In this document: piece after piece, positions 39,436 to 48,133 of the stretch
Position numbering within the stretch: the stretch's first letter is position 1
Layout: every line of letters starts with the position of its first letter
Virus record (IMG/VR): IMGVR_UViG_3300005512_002955
Coordinates: 1-63,932 of that record
Length of the DNA: 63,932 bases
DNA from: a virus
Taxonomy: Duplodnaviria; Caudoviricetes
Reading direction: 5' to 3' (one strand)
Notes under the pieces: generated by a model
The model's input: the letters and a program-made list of their open reading frames with translations, nothing else
Database searches by the model: none
What the model was told of the DNA's origin: nothing
Position numbers and translations under genes: made by a program

Positions 39436-39825
39436 ATGCCAGCAAGTAGTGAAACATTTAACTTTACAGTAAGCGGAACTAACGTAGCACAACTCACCCA
39501 CCCTGGTGATAGTACTACAGAAACCCGCACAGCAAACAAGCTCAAAGGCGATGGGTATTATGGCCGCGCGGATGGGTTACACACAGTTCAATATAATGTT
39601 GCAGGTTTTATTGGAAAAATAGTTGTACAAGCAACACTTGCAGTAGATCCTGCAGAAGCAGATTGGTTTACACTTTCTGCTACAGAACATGAAAGCACTG
39701 CAACTGAAACAAATGAAAGTGATGGTAGTTTTATCAAGAACTTTACCGGAAACTATGTATGGATAAGAATTTATGTGTATAATTGGACCGATGGCACTGT
39801 TAATTCTATTATATTAAATAATTAG
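39436..39825 (+). CDS. putative virion protein (start revised to ATG 39436)
   Basis: TAAATA(39425-39430)-N5-ATG; KGDGYYGRADGLHT, NFTGNYVWIR. Confidence 0.7.
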   Translation: MPASSETFNFTVSGTNVAQLTHPGDSTTETRTANKLKGDGYYGRADGLHTVQYNVAGFIGKIVVQATLAVDPAEADWFTLSATEHESTATETNESDGSFIKNFTGNYVWIRIYVYNWTDGTVNSIILNN

Positions 39826-39833
39826 GAGGCACA

Positions 39834-40400
39834 ATGGAACATTTTGTAAGAATAACAATGGAAAAAACAGACCAAATAGTTGAAGGATTAGATGAGTCAA
39901 TTTTTCCAGAACATTACGTTCTAGAATCAGAACAAGGTGCTACAGTATATCATATTCCTATGTCGAGAGAATTATCTGAAGAAGAAGCAGAAACGTTTGC
40001 TGATAAACTGTGTGCATACATGACAGAACAAGGTCATGATGATTTTGATATAGAATTTAGTACAGACGAAGAATACAACCTAGATGAACAAACATTTGAC
40101 GGTGATGACTTCTTTGAAGAATACGGTGTTATGTGGTTCAATGAAGATGATGAAATAGACGAAGCAGAATATCAAGGACGCAAAGTCAAACTAGGCAAGC
40201 CAATGCGTGGCGATGTTAAGAAGTTTAAAGTATATGTTAAGAATCCAAAAGGTAACGTAGTTAAAGTTAACTTTGGTGATCCTGACATGAAAATTAAGAA
40301 ATCTAATCCAGCACGTAGAAGAAGTTTCCGTGCTAGACACAACTGTGATAATCCAGGCCCAAGACACAAGGCAAGATATTGGAGTTGCAGAAAATGGTAA
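39834..40400 (+). CDS. putative head-associated protein: acidic N-domain plus basic C-terminal module
   Basis: AGGAGG SD; IDE|AEYQGRKV boundary; ARRRSFRARHNC...ARYWSCRKW module. Confidence 0.7.
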   Translation: MEHFVRITMEKTDQIVEGLDESIFPEHYVLESEQGATVYHIPMSRELSEEEAETFADKLCAYMTEQGHDDFDIEFSTDEEYNLDEQTFDGDDFFEEYGVMWFNEDDEIDEAEYQGRKVKLGKPMRGDVKKFKVYVKNPKGNVVKVNFGDPDMKIKKSNPARRRSFRARHNCDNPGPRHKARYWSCRKW

Positions 40401-40726
40401 AAGTTTTTGAAGTTACAGAAAAAAGAGATTTACCTTTTGACCTAGTTGACGACACTTGCGTTCATATGCGTAATGATCCTGTTTTTTACAGAAAAATTTA
40501 TTTTCCGGCAATCAGTCAAATTGCTGATATGCAAAGAGAAGGTACAAACGATAACCCACAAAAAATTTTAATGCCTATGATAGAAAAGGGCATTACTGAC
40601 TATTGTGCAAAATATAAAATTGCAAATCAGCCAGATGAAGTTTTCCGTGATGATGACCGAAAAGCAATCTTTGATAAAATTTACAAAGAAGAAATGGAAC
40701 AGATTGAAAAAGGCGAATACAAGTGA
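40394..40726 (+). CDS. hypothetical protein with CTS-like N-terminus (MVKVFEVTE)
   Basis: Start revised to 40394; overlaps both neighbours. Confidence 0.65.
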   Translation: MVKVFEVTEKRDLPFDLVDDTCVHMRNDPVFYRKIYFPAISQIADMQREGTNDNPQKILMPMIEKGITDYCAKYKIANQPDEVFRDDDRKAIFDKIYKEEMEQIEKGEYK

Positions 40727-41880
40727 GATTCTGGGAGATAAAGGAAGCAGCCATACAAAAAATTGTAGCTATAATGCCTGGTGGCTTTCATCCTTTTCAT
40801 CCTGGACACAAAAGCCTTTATGATTGGGCTGTAAAAACATTTGGTAAAGAAAATGTTTATGTCGCAGCAACAGACGACACAAAAAGTAGACCTTTTCCTT
40901 TTGATGTAAAGCAAAAACTTGCTGGTATGGCTGGCGTCCCTGCAGATAGATTTATACAAGTAAAAAGTCCATTCAATGCATTGTCATATGAAAAAATTAT
41001 AGGTGATCCTACTAAAACAAGTTTAATTTTTATAAGAAGTGAAAAAGATAAATCTAGTCATCCGTTACCAGATCAGATAAGAAAACGTGACGGAATGCTT
41101 GGTTATATAATTTCATTCAAAGATAAAAATCAATTACAACCTGCTGAAGCACATGCACACATAGCATACGGACCTACTATAGATTTTAATTTTGCAGGTA
41201 TGGATATAAACAGTGCTACAGAACTACGCAATACCTGGCCCGGTATGAGTGAAGAAGAGAAACATCAAGCTGCAGAACTAATGTATGGTTCGGGGCATAA
41301 TGAGGCTGTAAAACTTCTAGATCAAGCTCTTGGAGCACCTATAGGTGAAAGCCTAACTGAAAATATTTCTGTGGCAGACTTTCCAGACACAGCAGAAGAT
41401 ATTTTAAGAGCATATGATTTAAAATTCAGTCCAAAGGATAAAACAACACTAGATAGAGCTCATAGGGTTTTAAGAAGTCGCAAAGATTTACGACTTAAAG
41501 CATACGAATTATACGATAAACTCGGACAAGGTTTTGGAAGTCAGGCATATGATACAATATCTAATGTTATACAACAAAAGAAGGCGCAACTAAAAAATGC
41601 TGCTAAACAAGAAATTGAAAGACAAGGTTTAACTGGTGCAGATGCTTTACATTCAGAAACTAGTCAAAAACGTATTCAAGCAGATAACTTACTAGACAGC
41701 ATTCTTTCGCATGCTATGGCTATCACAGGATTAGCAGGTGCAACTATGCGTGGCAATAATGCAAGACTTAAAACTGACCCACAATACAAAGAATATGATT
41801 TTAACATTCTTGTGCCTAGAGATAGAGAACTTTTAGCACAATCACCATATGGTCAAAGTAACAAAGACGTAGGACAATGA
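40723..41880 (+). CDS. HIGH-superfamily nucleotidyltransferase-like domain protein with CTS-like N-terminus
   Basis: MRFWEIKE; PGGFHPFHPGH (HxGH), SATELR; second domain after LTE. Confidence 0.65.
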   Translation: MRFWEIKEAAIQKIVAIMPGGFHPFHPGHKSLYDWAVKTFGKENVYVAATDDTKSRPFPFDVKQKLAGMAGVPADRFIQVKSPFNALSYEKIIGDPTKTSLIFIRSEKDKSSHPLPDQIRKRDGMLGYIISFKDKNQLQPAEAHAHIAYGPTIDFNFAGMDINSATELRNTWPGMSEEEKHQAAELMYGSGHNEAVKLLDQALGAPIGESLTENISVADFPDTAEDILRAYDLKFSPKDKTTLDRAHRVLRSRKDLRLKAYELYDKLGQGFGSQAYDTISNVIQQKKAQLKNAAKQEIERQGLTGADALHSETSQKRIQADNLLDSILSHAMAITGLAGATMRGNNARLKTDPQYKEYDFNILVPRDRELLAQSPYGQSNKDVGQ

Positions 41881-41881
41881 T

Positions 41882-42109
41882 ATGTACGATAGCATTGAAG
41901 AACTAAAGCGTCTTGCAGGTGTAAACGAATTTAAAGGCTATACTCCTTATGAAGGTTCTAATATCAGTATTACAGGAACAGAAAAACGTAAAATAGAAAA
42001 AGAAAAAAATCTTCAGCCAGGTGAACTTAATTGGTTCAAACTTTGGTTTAGTAGACCATACTGGAAGGGTCAGGAATATCCTCCAGGTTTTAGGAGTCGT
42101 AAAAAATGA
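41882..42109 (+). CDS. hypothetical protein (ELKRLAGV motif)
   Basis: 75-aa ORF; LKRLAGVNE resembles FAKLAGIVTE in 45799. Confidence 0.7.
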   Translation: MYDSIEELKRLAGVNEFKGYTPYEGSNISITGTEKRKIEKEKNLQPGELNWFKLWFSRPYWKGQEYPPGFRSRKK

Positions 42110-43341
42110 AGATATCTGACTTGTTAGAAGATGGCAGAATTGTTAAAGGTGTAAACACAACTCCTGATGTAGGTCCTAACGAAATTACAAAACAAGCAAA
42201 AAAGTTTGGCAATACTGTAGATAAAGACGGTCGTCCACCTACACTAAGCAAAAAAGTTAAAGGTAAATCAACTAATGTGCTTTTCAATTTAGGTCTAACC
42301 GAAGGCCGTAATAAAAACGAAGCACAGGAACTTTCAAGTGTTAGTACAATATATGTGGACATGGATGGTGTACTTGCAGATTTCTTTGGTGCTTGGGCAA
42401 AATTAATGAAAAAAGATCATTGGACTAAGATTGATGATATTATGCCTGCACTTCAAAAAATTAGAGACACAGAAAACTTTTGGCTTAATTTGCCACTTAC
42501 AGCAAATGCTAAAAATTTATTAATGTTGATAAAAGACGTAAAAGGTGAGTACAACATACTAAGTTCGCCACTACCAGACGATCCTAATTCAGAACCACAC
42601 AAACGAGAATGGATTGAAAAGAACTTAAATTTCTTTCCGCCCAAAGACATTATCATAACACACGACAAAGCCAAATATGCTACAACAGAAGATGGAACTC
42701 CTAATATCCTTATTGACGACTATGGAGTTAATATACAAAAATGGGAAGCTGCAGGTGGCGTGGGATTTAAGCACAAAGATCACAAGTTTGAAAGAACAGC
42801 AAAAAACATCAAGCAACACATGCAAGAACCAATAGAAGAAGGTTCTATGGTTATACCACCAAGTTCTCTGCGTGAAGTTATTATACAAATGCTTCAAGAT
42901 ATGGAAACAGATTATGATATTAAAAAATTAGCAGACATAGCAAGAATGCTAGGCAAAGAAGTCTATTATAAAAACAACAAAGTTGTAGTACAAGATCCTG
43001 ATTTTGATTTCTACAAAAAAGAAAGTTACTCTAGAGAACAATTACCGCAACTGCGTGAAAAGAATTTAAAGAATATACGCCACACAATGGAATGGGTTCA
43101 TGTTAAAGATATAATTCCAGTGCAAGAAGAACGTATTTTAGAAAATTTCAAACGTCAAGTTGATAGGATTGTTGCTGGAAAATATAACCCTATCATTGTT
43201 GATCGTGATAATAAAATAGTTAACGGTCATCATAGATATGAAGCAGCAAAACTAATGGGCTATGATGAAATGGCTGTTGCAAAATTACCTTTTACAATCA
43301 AGCAAATAGTAGAAAATTTTGCTAACGGTAAGAAAAAATGA
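42106..43341 (+). CDS. multidomain protein: 5'(3')-deoxyribonucleotidase-like HAD domain plus ParB/Srx-like domain, CTS-like N-terminus
   Basis: MKISDLLE; IYVDMDGVLADF, LIDDY...W..AGG; PIIVD...IVNGHHRYEAA. Confidence 0.75.
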   Translation: MKISDLLEDGRIVKGVNTTPDVGPNEITKQAKKFGNTVDKDGRPPTLSKKVKGKSTNVLFNLGLTEGRNKNEAQELSSVSTIYVDMDGVLADFFGAWAKLMKKDHWTKIDDIMPALQKIRDTENFWLNLPLTANAKNLLMLIKDVKGEYNILSSPLPDDPNSEPHKREWIEKNLNFFPPKDIIITHDKAKYATTEDGTPNILIDDYGVNIQKWEAAGGVGFKHKDHKFERTAKNIKQHMQEPIEEGSMVIPPSSLREVIIQMLQDMETDYDIKKLADIARMLGKEVYYKNNKVVVQDPDFDFYKKESYSREQLPQLREKNLKNIRHTMEWVHVKDIIPVQEERILENFKRQVDRIVAGKYNPIIVDRDNKIVNGHHRYEAAKLMGYDEMAVAKLPFTIKQIVENFANGKKK

Positions 43342-44258
43342 GATTCTACGAGTTCGTCACAGAAAAAATAAAATGGCAGTCAAGTCTATCTCAAAAGATA
43401 TTCGAGCCAGAACAATTAGAAAATGAAGGAGATTTAACTTACGGATTGTGGCTTCCTCTGTCAAATAGCATAGTGAATAAAATTATGCCTCAACAAAGAG
43501 CAAGGGTATTTCACGTTACTAAAGTAGAAAACATATCTAATATGCTGAGCCTACAAGGACAGAAAAAAAGTATCAGTGCTTTCCTAAATATGAATCCTTA
43601 TTTTTTTAGTCCAGGCATTTTTGGCGGTGGAGGTGGTGGCATAGTCTTTGAATTGGATAGTAATGTGCTTGGGGCCTTCAATCGAGATGTTCAAAGTTCT
43701 GTAGACGACAGCGGAAGGCGATGGATTACACTGTACGCCCTGATAGAGTATTCAGGAAAAAATCGCAACGATCTACAGCCAATGTACAACGACATGGGTA
43801 AACTTATTCAAAAGTTGCTGGATAAACATGCTCCTGATATAAATTATACTGACGAATATGATGATTATGTACTTACTACCGATAAATGGGAAGAACTTGG
43901 AAAAAAATTAAACACTGACGGCGACAGCAAAAAATTGTCTGTTGTAATCAAAGATTATATAGATGGGGTATATGCGATAATGATCAAATATGCTAAACCT
44001 ATAGGACAAGCATTACTATCCGCTCTGATAGACTCTGATCCAGATGGAGATTGGGATGAGATTGTTGTAAATGATATTAAAATCATGCAGGCTCATGTGT
44101 TAAAAGATTCCACAGAAAATACAGAAAAACTCAAAGAGTTAGAATCTAAAGGCATAAAAGTTCGTGTATGGGATTCATCACAAGAACTTTCCAACTATAC
44201 CAAAAAAGTTGGAGCACAACAGAAATTAGGTGAAAACTTTGCTGATGGTAAAAAGAAA
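43312..44258 (+). repeat. imperfect 27-bp direct repeat flanking most of ORF 43338
   Basis: GAAAATTTTGCTAACGGTAAGAAAAAA (43312-43338) vs GAAAACTTTGCTGATGGTAAAAAGAAA (44232-44258), 22/27 identical, both encoding ENFA(N/D)GKKK. Confidence 0.75.
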
Positions 44259-44408
44259 GGCAAAAGCAGACCAGGGCGTGTAAAACGTGCTGGTGCTAGT
44301 TGTAAAGGTTCAGTTACAAGTTTACGCAAAAAGGCTAAAAATGCTAGTGGCGAACGTGCTAAAATGTATCACTGGTGTGCAAATATGAAATCAGGACGGA
44401 ATAAATAG
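43338..44408 (+). CDS. hypothetical protein with CTS-like N-terminus and basic C-terminal module
   Basis: MRFYEFVTE; C-terminal ENFADGKKKGKSRPGRVKRAGASC...HWCANMKSGR. Confidence 0.75.
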   Translation: MRFYEFVTEKIKWQSSLSQKIFEPEQLENEGDLTYGLWLPLSNSIVNKIMPQQRARVFHVTKVENISNMLSLQGQKKSISAFLNMNPYFFSPGIFGGGGGGIVFELDSNVLGAFNRDVQSSVDDSGRRWITLYALIEYSGKNRNDLQPMYNDMGKLIQKLLDKHAPDINYTDEYDDYVLTTDKWEELGKKLNTDGDSKKLSVVIKDYIDGVYAIMIKYAKPIGQALLSALIDSDPDGDWDEIVVNDIKIMQAHVLKDSTENTEKLKELESKGIKVRVWDSSQELSNYTKKVGAQQKLGENFADGKKKGKSRPGRVKRAGASCKGSVTSLRKKAKNASGERAKMYHWCANMKSGRNK

Positions 44409-44412
44409 TATT

Positions 44413-44601
44413 ATGAAAGTATTTGAAATTTTATCTAAACCTATAACAGAAATGACTGCTGGAGCCACAGGCACAGGTAGTATAGCTGGAGCATTTGCAG
44501 GTGGCGGAAACGGCTTTGTAAACGGAGGTCCTGGCACGATCCAAAGGGTTACTACTAAGCCAAAGCCAAAGAAGAAGAAAAAACCAAGCAAAAACACATA
44601 A
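44413..44601 (+). CDS. small G-rich/basic protein with CTS-like N-terminus
   Basis: TAAATA(44402-44407)-N5-ATG; MKVFEILSKPITE. Confidence 0.7.
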   Translation: MKVFEILSKPITEMTAGATGTGSIAGAFAGGGNGFVNGGPGTIQRVTTKPKPKKKKKPSKNT

Positions 44602-44622
44602 ATACTATATACGGAGAAAACA

Positions 44623-45405
44623 ATGCGGCACGAAGAAATTAAAAAACAAACTAATGAAGGTCTAGCAGATATGGCTGATATGGCTGAACGAGATCATGAA
44701 GTTCAAATGGCTAGATCTGATCTGTACAAAATTGCAAAATATGCTATAAAATTACATGAAATGCTTAAAGGCGTTTCAGAAGCACAAGGTATTGAAGGTT
44801 GGCAACAGGCTAAGATTACTAAAGCCGCAGATTATATCAGCTCTGTATACCACAATCTAGACTATGAAATGAAATTTGCTGAACAGCAAGTCGAATCTGC
44901 TAAGAAATCTTCGTACAAAGACGGTCTAACAGCAATGTTAGAATCTAAGAAAAAATCAAGTAAAGTTAAAGAAGATGCACCTACAATGACAGGTAAGCAA
45001 GCCGCTTTAAAAAAACAACAGCAAGCTGCACTATTAAAAAGTAAAACAACTGATTCTGGTATGGTAGATAGAATGAATGTTGTAGGCAAAGGTATGCAAG
45101 ATAAAGTTAACAAAACTCAAGCCGATGCCGATAGTTTAAGCAGAGCAGCAGGTATTGATCCAAATCAAGTAAACAAAGACATTAAAAAAAGTCTATCAGG
45201 AAAACCAAAACTAAGAGACAAGTTTAGAAAGAAAACTGAATCAAAAGACGAACTTTGTAAAGAGTGTGGTAAGCCAAGTTACAAAACGCTAGACGAAGAA
45301 AAGCAAAAAGGTGTTGATGGCAAAGTATGCTGGAAAGGCTACAGACGCATGGGCACCAAGAAAAAAGGCGGAAAGACTGTAGACAACTGTGTAAAGGTTG
45401 GCTAA
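44623..45405 (+). CDS. putative internal head protein, modular, Lys-rich
   Basis: TAAATA 44599-44604; DHEVQMARSDLY...EGWQQAKITKA.DY module; C-terminal CWKGY...NCVK module. Confidence 0.7.
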   Translation: MRHEEIKKQTNEGLADMADMAERDHEVQMARSDLYKIAKYAIKLHEMLKGVSEAQGIEGWQQAKITKAADYISSVYHNLDYEMKFAEQQVESAKKSSYKDGLTAMLESKKKSSKVKEDAPTMTGKQAALKKQQQAALLKSKTTDSGMVDRMNVVGKGMQDKVNKTQADADSLSRAAGIDPNQVNKDIKKSLSGKPKLRDKFRKKTESKDELCKECGKPSYKTLDEEKQKGVDGKVCWKGYRRMGTKKKGGKTVDNCVKVG

Positions 45406-45797
45406 TGCGTGTTTTTCAAATCACAGAATTAGATAAAAAAACACTTAAAAAAGCACACAAGACTGCTGACAAAATTTTAGATAAACCTAAAGCAAAATCT
45501 AACATAGCCAAATGGGCTAAAGACAAAGGCATGGACCCAGAAGGTGCTGTGTATGCTATTGCTACGAATATGGCAAAAAAGAAAACCAATGAAGAAGGAT
45601 TTTTAGATAAAGTTAAAGGCGCACTTTCAAGTGTAATGCCCAAGGATATGGATGATCTTGTTGCCTGGGTAAACAAAAATCTTAGAAGTAAAGGCACTCA
45701 ATGGATTTACAAGAATGTAGGCAATGAATTTGGTGCAAAGCATTTTACAAAATTTGATGTAGATAAAGCAATAAACATAGTAATGAAGCGAGGTTAA
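45405..45797 (+). CDS. putative internal head protein (start revised to 45405)
   Basis: TAATG coupling; MRVFQITE; VYAIATNMAK. Confidence 0.7.
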   Translation: MRVFQITELDKKTLKKAHKTADKILDKPKAKSNIAKWAKDKGMDPEGAVYAIATNMAKKKTNEEGFLDKVKGALSSVMPKDMDDLVAWVNKNLRSKGTQWIYKNVGNEFGAKHFTKFDVDKAINIVMKRG

Positions 45798-45798
45798 T

Positions 45799-46611
45799 AT
45801 GACTGACTTTTACAAAATGAGTTCTATGATGAAGCAGTTATTTCCTTCAAATCCTGAAGCAGACAAACAAGCTCTACTACAAATGGCAAATGCTCCGGCA
45901 CAAGAAGTTGCTCCTACAAAAGATTATGTTACTGAAAGTGTAACAGTACCACAAGGATCAATGCCTATAGGAATAGATAATGTAAGTGACTTTGCAAAAC
46001 TTGCAGGTATAGTCACTGAAGGTAAACAAAAAACTGGATCAGCAGGACAAGCAAAAGGTTCAGATGCAATGCCTAAAATGTCCAAGCCAAGTTCAACAGG
46101 TGAACAACCTCATCCATTAAAAGATAAACTAGTTGGTGAAGATAATATTGATATCATGGCACTTACACCTGCGGCAACCACTGTAGGAGGTGCCCTAGAT
46201 CCTGATATGGATCCAAGTGCATTAATAGCAAGAGGATTAGAAAAAGCAGGAGAAGGACAGACTCTAAGCCAAGATGAAAGAGAAGCAATAAAACCATACG
46301 TGGCTTTATTCTCAGAACTGTTAACTAATCCTGCATATAGAAATAACATTATTAGTATGCAAAAAGCACTTATGAAATCAAAAGGCAAAAACATCGATGA
46401 TGAGAAAACTGACGAAAGCGGTTTACAATATTATACTGGTGTTAAAAAACACGGCAAAGAATATATGAAAAAAGCTGCAGCTGCAGGTAGAGCAGGCGCA
46501 AGTCAAGAAGAACTTGGTCGCTTAAAAGACAAATACAGCAAAGCAGAAAAAAATAAGAAAACTGAATCCATAAAAGAACGTCTATACAAAGAACTGAATA
46601 AATATAGATGA
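45799..46611 (+). CDS. putative internal head/scaffold-like protein
   Basis: Repeated VTE|S, VTE|G, VGE|D, KTE|S sites; FAKLAGIV motif. Confidence 0.65.
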   Translation: MTDFYKMSSMMKQLFPSNPEADKQALLQMANAPAQEVAPTKDYVTESVTVPQGSMPIGIDNVSDFAKLAGIVTEGKQKTGSAGQAKGSDAMPKMSKPSSTGEQPHPLKDKLVGEDNIDIMALTPAATTVGGALDPDMDPSALIARGLEKAGEGQTLSQDEREAIKPYVALFSELLTNPAYRNNIISMQKALMKSKGKNIDDEKTDESGLQYYTGVKKHGKEYMKKAAAAGRAGASQEELGRLKDKYSKAEKNKKTESIKERLYKELNKYR

Positions 46612-46612
46612 C

Positions 46613-47257
46613 ATGGCATTTTTAGTACATCCTTTACCTCCAATTTCAGTTTACGTAAGAAAAGAATATCTGTATGACCTTGAAAAAGGACATGGCGAGT
46701 TTACTCCTGGTATTTGGATCAGCGTAAAATCAACAACGTATAAAGCCCTATATTTCGAAACACTATTAACAGACTACGGTGCGCTATATGACAAATTACC
46801 TATAAGTGCATTTGTATGGAAAACAGATCATGGAGAACTGTTGCCTTTGGATGTTTTACAGTTGTGGGATTGTTTTGATTACGATATTACAGTTGTGCAA
46901 AAACCTTTACTGTCAAGATGCGAATTCTTTGGTAAAGATAAACGTATGCACACAGGTGAATACGAATTTACTATAGATAATGCACACAGAGATCATTCGT
47001 ATATCGATACAAACTTTTCAGAGCATGATCCAGAACACAAATCATTTAATGTAATACGTCTTGATAATGGACAATTTGCTGCACAACCAAACAACAGAGT
47101 AATTTGGCGTGACAGCAGTTTAACACCAGAAAAGCTACTAACACCAGATTTTAAAGTGTGTACCCAAAATTATGCTGTTGAAACTGAACCCAAATGGTCT
47201 GTAGGACATACAGATGAATGGCAATATAAAACCAAAGACGAAGAAAAAAACAGTTGA
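46613..47257 (+). CDS. conserved hypothetical phage protein
   Basis: VRKEYLYD, GALYDKLPISAF, QLWDCFDY, EHKSFN, GQFAAQPNNR. Confidence 0.8.
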   Translation: MAFLVHPLPPISVYVRKEYLYDLEKGHGEFTPGIWISVKSTTYKALYFETLLTDYGALYDKLPISAFVWKTDHGELLPLDVLQLWDCFDYDITVVQKPLLSRCEFFGKDKRMHTGEYEFTIDNAHRDHSYIDTNFSEHDPEHKSFNVIRLDNGQFAAQPNNRVIWRDSSLTPEKLLTPDFKVCTQNYAVETEPKWSVGHTDEWQYKTKDEEKNS

Positions 47258-47282
47258 CATTGCCTAAATAATCCTATATAAT
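47254..47282 (+). promoter_or_regulatory. consensus sigma70 promoter with a TAAATA box nested in the spacer
   Basis: TTGACA(47254-47259)-N17-TATAAT(47277-47282); TAAATA 47265-47270. Confidence 0.8.
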
Positions 47283-47305
47283 ATACATAAATTAAGGAGA
47301 ATCAC

Positions 47306-47566
47306 ATGAGTGATAGAGTATACGGTCCTGAAGAAAAGGCCAAACTGGAGCGTCTAGTAAATGAAGGTGTTACAGTATTACAAGAAGTTGAAGATTTACA
47401 GGCTGGTTTAAAAGACACTGTAAAAGCAGTAGCAGAAGAATTGGATATTAAACCTGCTATGATTAATAAGGCAATTAAAATTGCACAGAAAGGTGATTGG
47501 TCAAGAGTTGCAGAAGAGTTTGATGACTTGGAAACACTTGTTGTTACAGTTGGTAAGGACAAGTAA
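47306..47566 (+). CDS. T4 DsbA-like double-stranded DNA-binding protein
   Basis: 86 aa helical; LKDTVKAVAEELDIKPAMINKAIKIA pattern; AAGGAG SD. Confidence 0.6.
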   Translation: MSDRVYGPEEKAKLERLVNEGVTVLQEVEDLQAGLKDTVKAVAEELDIKPAMINKAIKIAQKGDWSRVAEEFDDLETLVVTVGKDK

Positions 47567-47848
47567 TTGCAAAAAATACGAGACTTTTGGCTAAACAGTT
47601 ATCACAGTGACAGAACTGCATTTGCATTTGAGCTTGTTAGTTTTATTTTTACTGTTGGTGCAAGCATGACCCTTGCTATAAGTGCAAGAGATCCTAATAT
47701 GCTAATTGTTTATCCAGGATTTTTTGTAGGCAGTATTACTCAATGTTATGCATCGTATCGTAGAGGTGCGGCATGGGTTATGCTACTAACATTTTATTTT
47801 GCCTGTGTAAACATATTTGGATTTGGAGTTGCAGCATCATGGTGGTAA
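47567..47848 (+). CDS. three-TM membrane protein
   Basis: Hydrophobic segments; TTG start abutting previous stop. Confidence 0.7.
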   Translation: MQKIRDFWLNSYHSDRTAFAFELVSFIFTVGASMTLAISARDPNMLIVYPGFFVGSITQCYASYRRGAAWVMLLTFYFACVNIFGFGVAASWW

Positions 47849-48057
47849 AACCTTATCAACCTTTAGCATGGTTTAGTACAGCATGTTTGCTGGTGGCTGC
47901 AACGCTGGCCGCATTTAATATCTATCCTTGGTATATATTTGCATTTATTGCAAGTAACTGCCTATGGGTTTTAATAGGCATATTGTGGAAAGAAAAAAGT
48001 TTAGTAGTCCTAAATGCAGGACTAACCGTAATTTATGTTGCAGGATTGATCCTGTAA
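47839..48057 (+). CDS. three-TM membrane protein (start revised to 47839)
   Basis: GGAG upstream; NIYPW, LWKEKSLVVLN. Confidence 0.7.
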   Translation: MVVKPYQPLAWFSTACLLVAATLAAFNIYPWYIFAFIASNCLWVLIGILWKEKSLVVLNAGLTVIYVAGLIL

Positions 48058-48128
48058 TAAGTAATAGTACGCCCAAGACAAGTGTCGGGCATGTAGAAGG
48101 TTAAGTTGGCCATAAGCAACGAAGGAGA
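48058..48128 (+). promoter_or_regulatory. late-type promoter and two-hairpin leader of DNA polymerase
   Basis: TAAGTA 48058-48063; GCCC-aa-GAC-aagt-GTC-GGGC (48071-48090); GTTG-N8-CAAC (48105-48120) just before AAGGAG. Confidence 0.55.
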
Positions 48129-48133
48129 AATGA

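Noticed and set aside
46599-46615. TAAATA before ORF 46613 as another leaderless promoter
   Set aside because: Spacing is 8 nt rather than 5, and the hexamer lies in the coding end of the upstream gene; may be chance.
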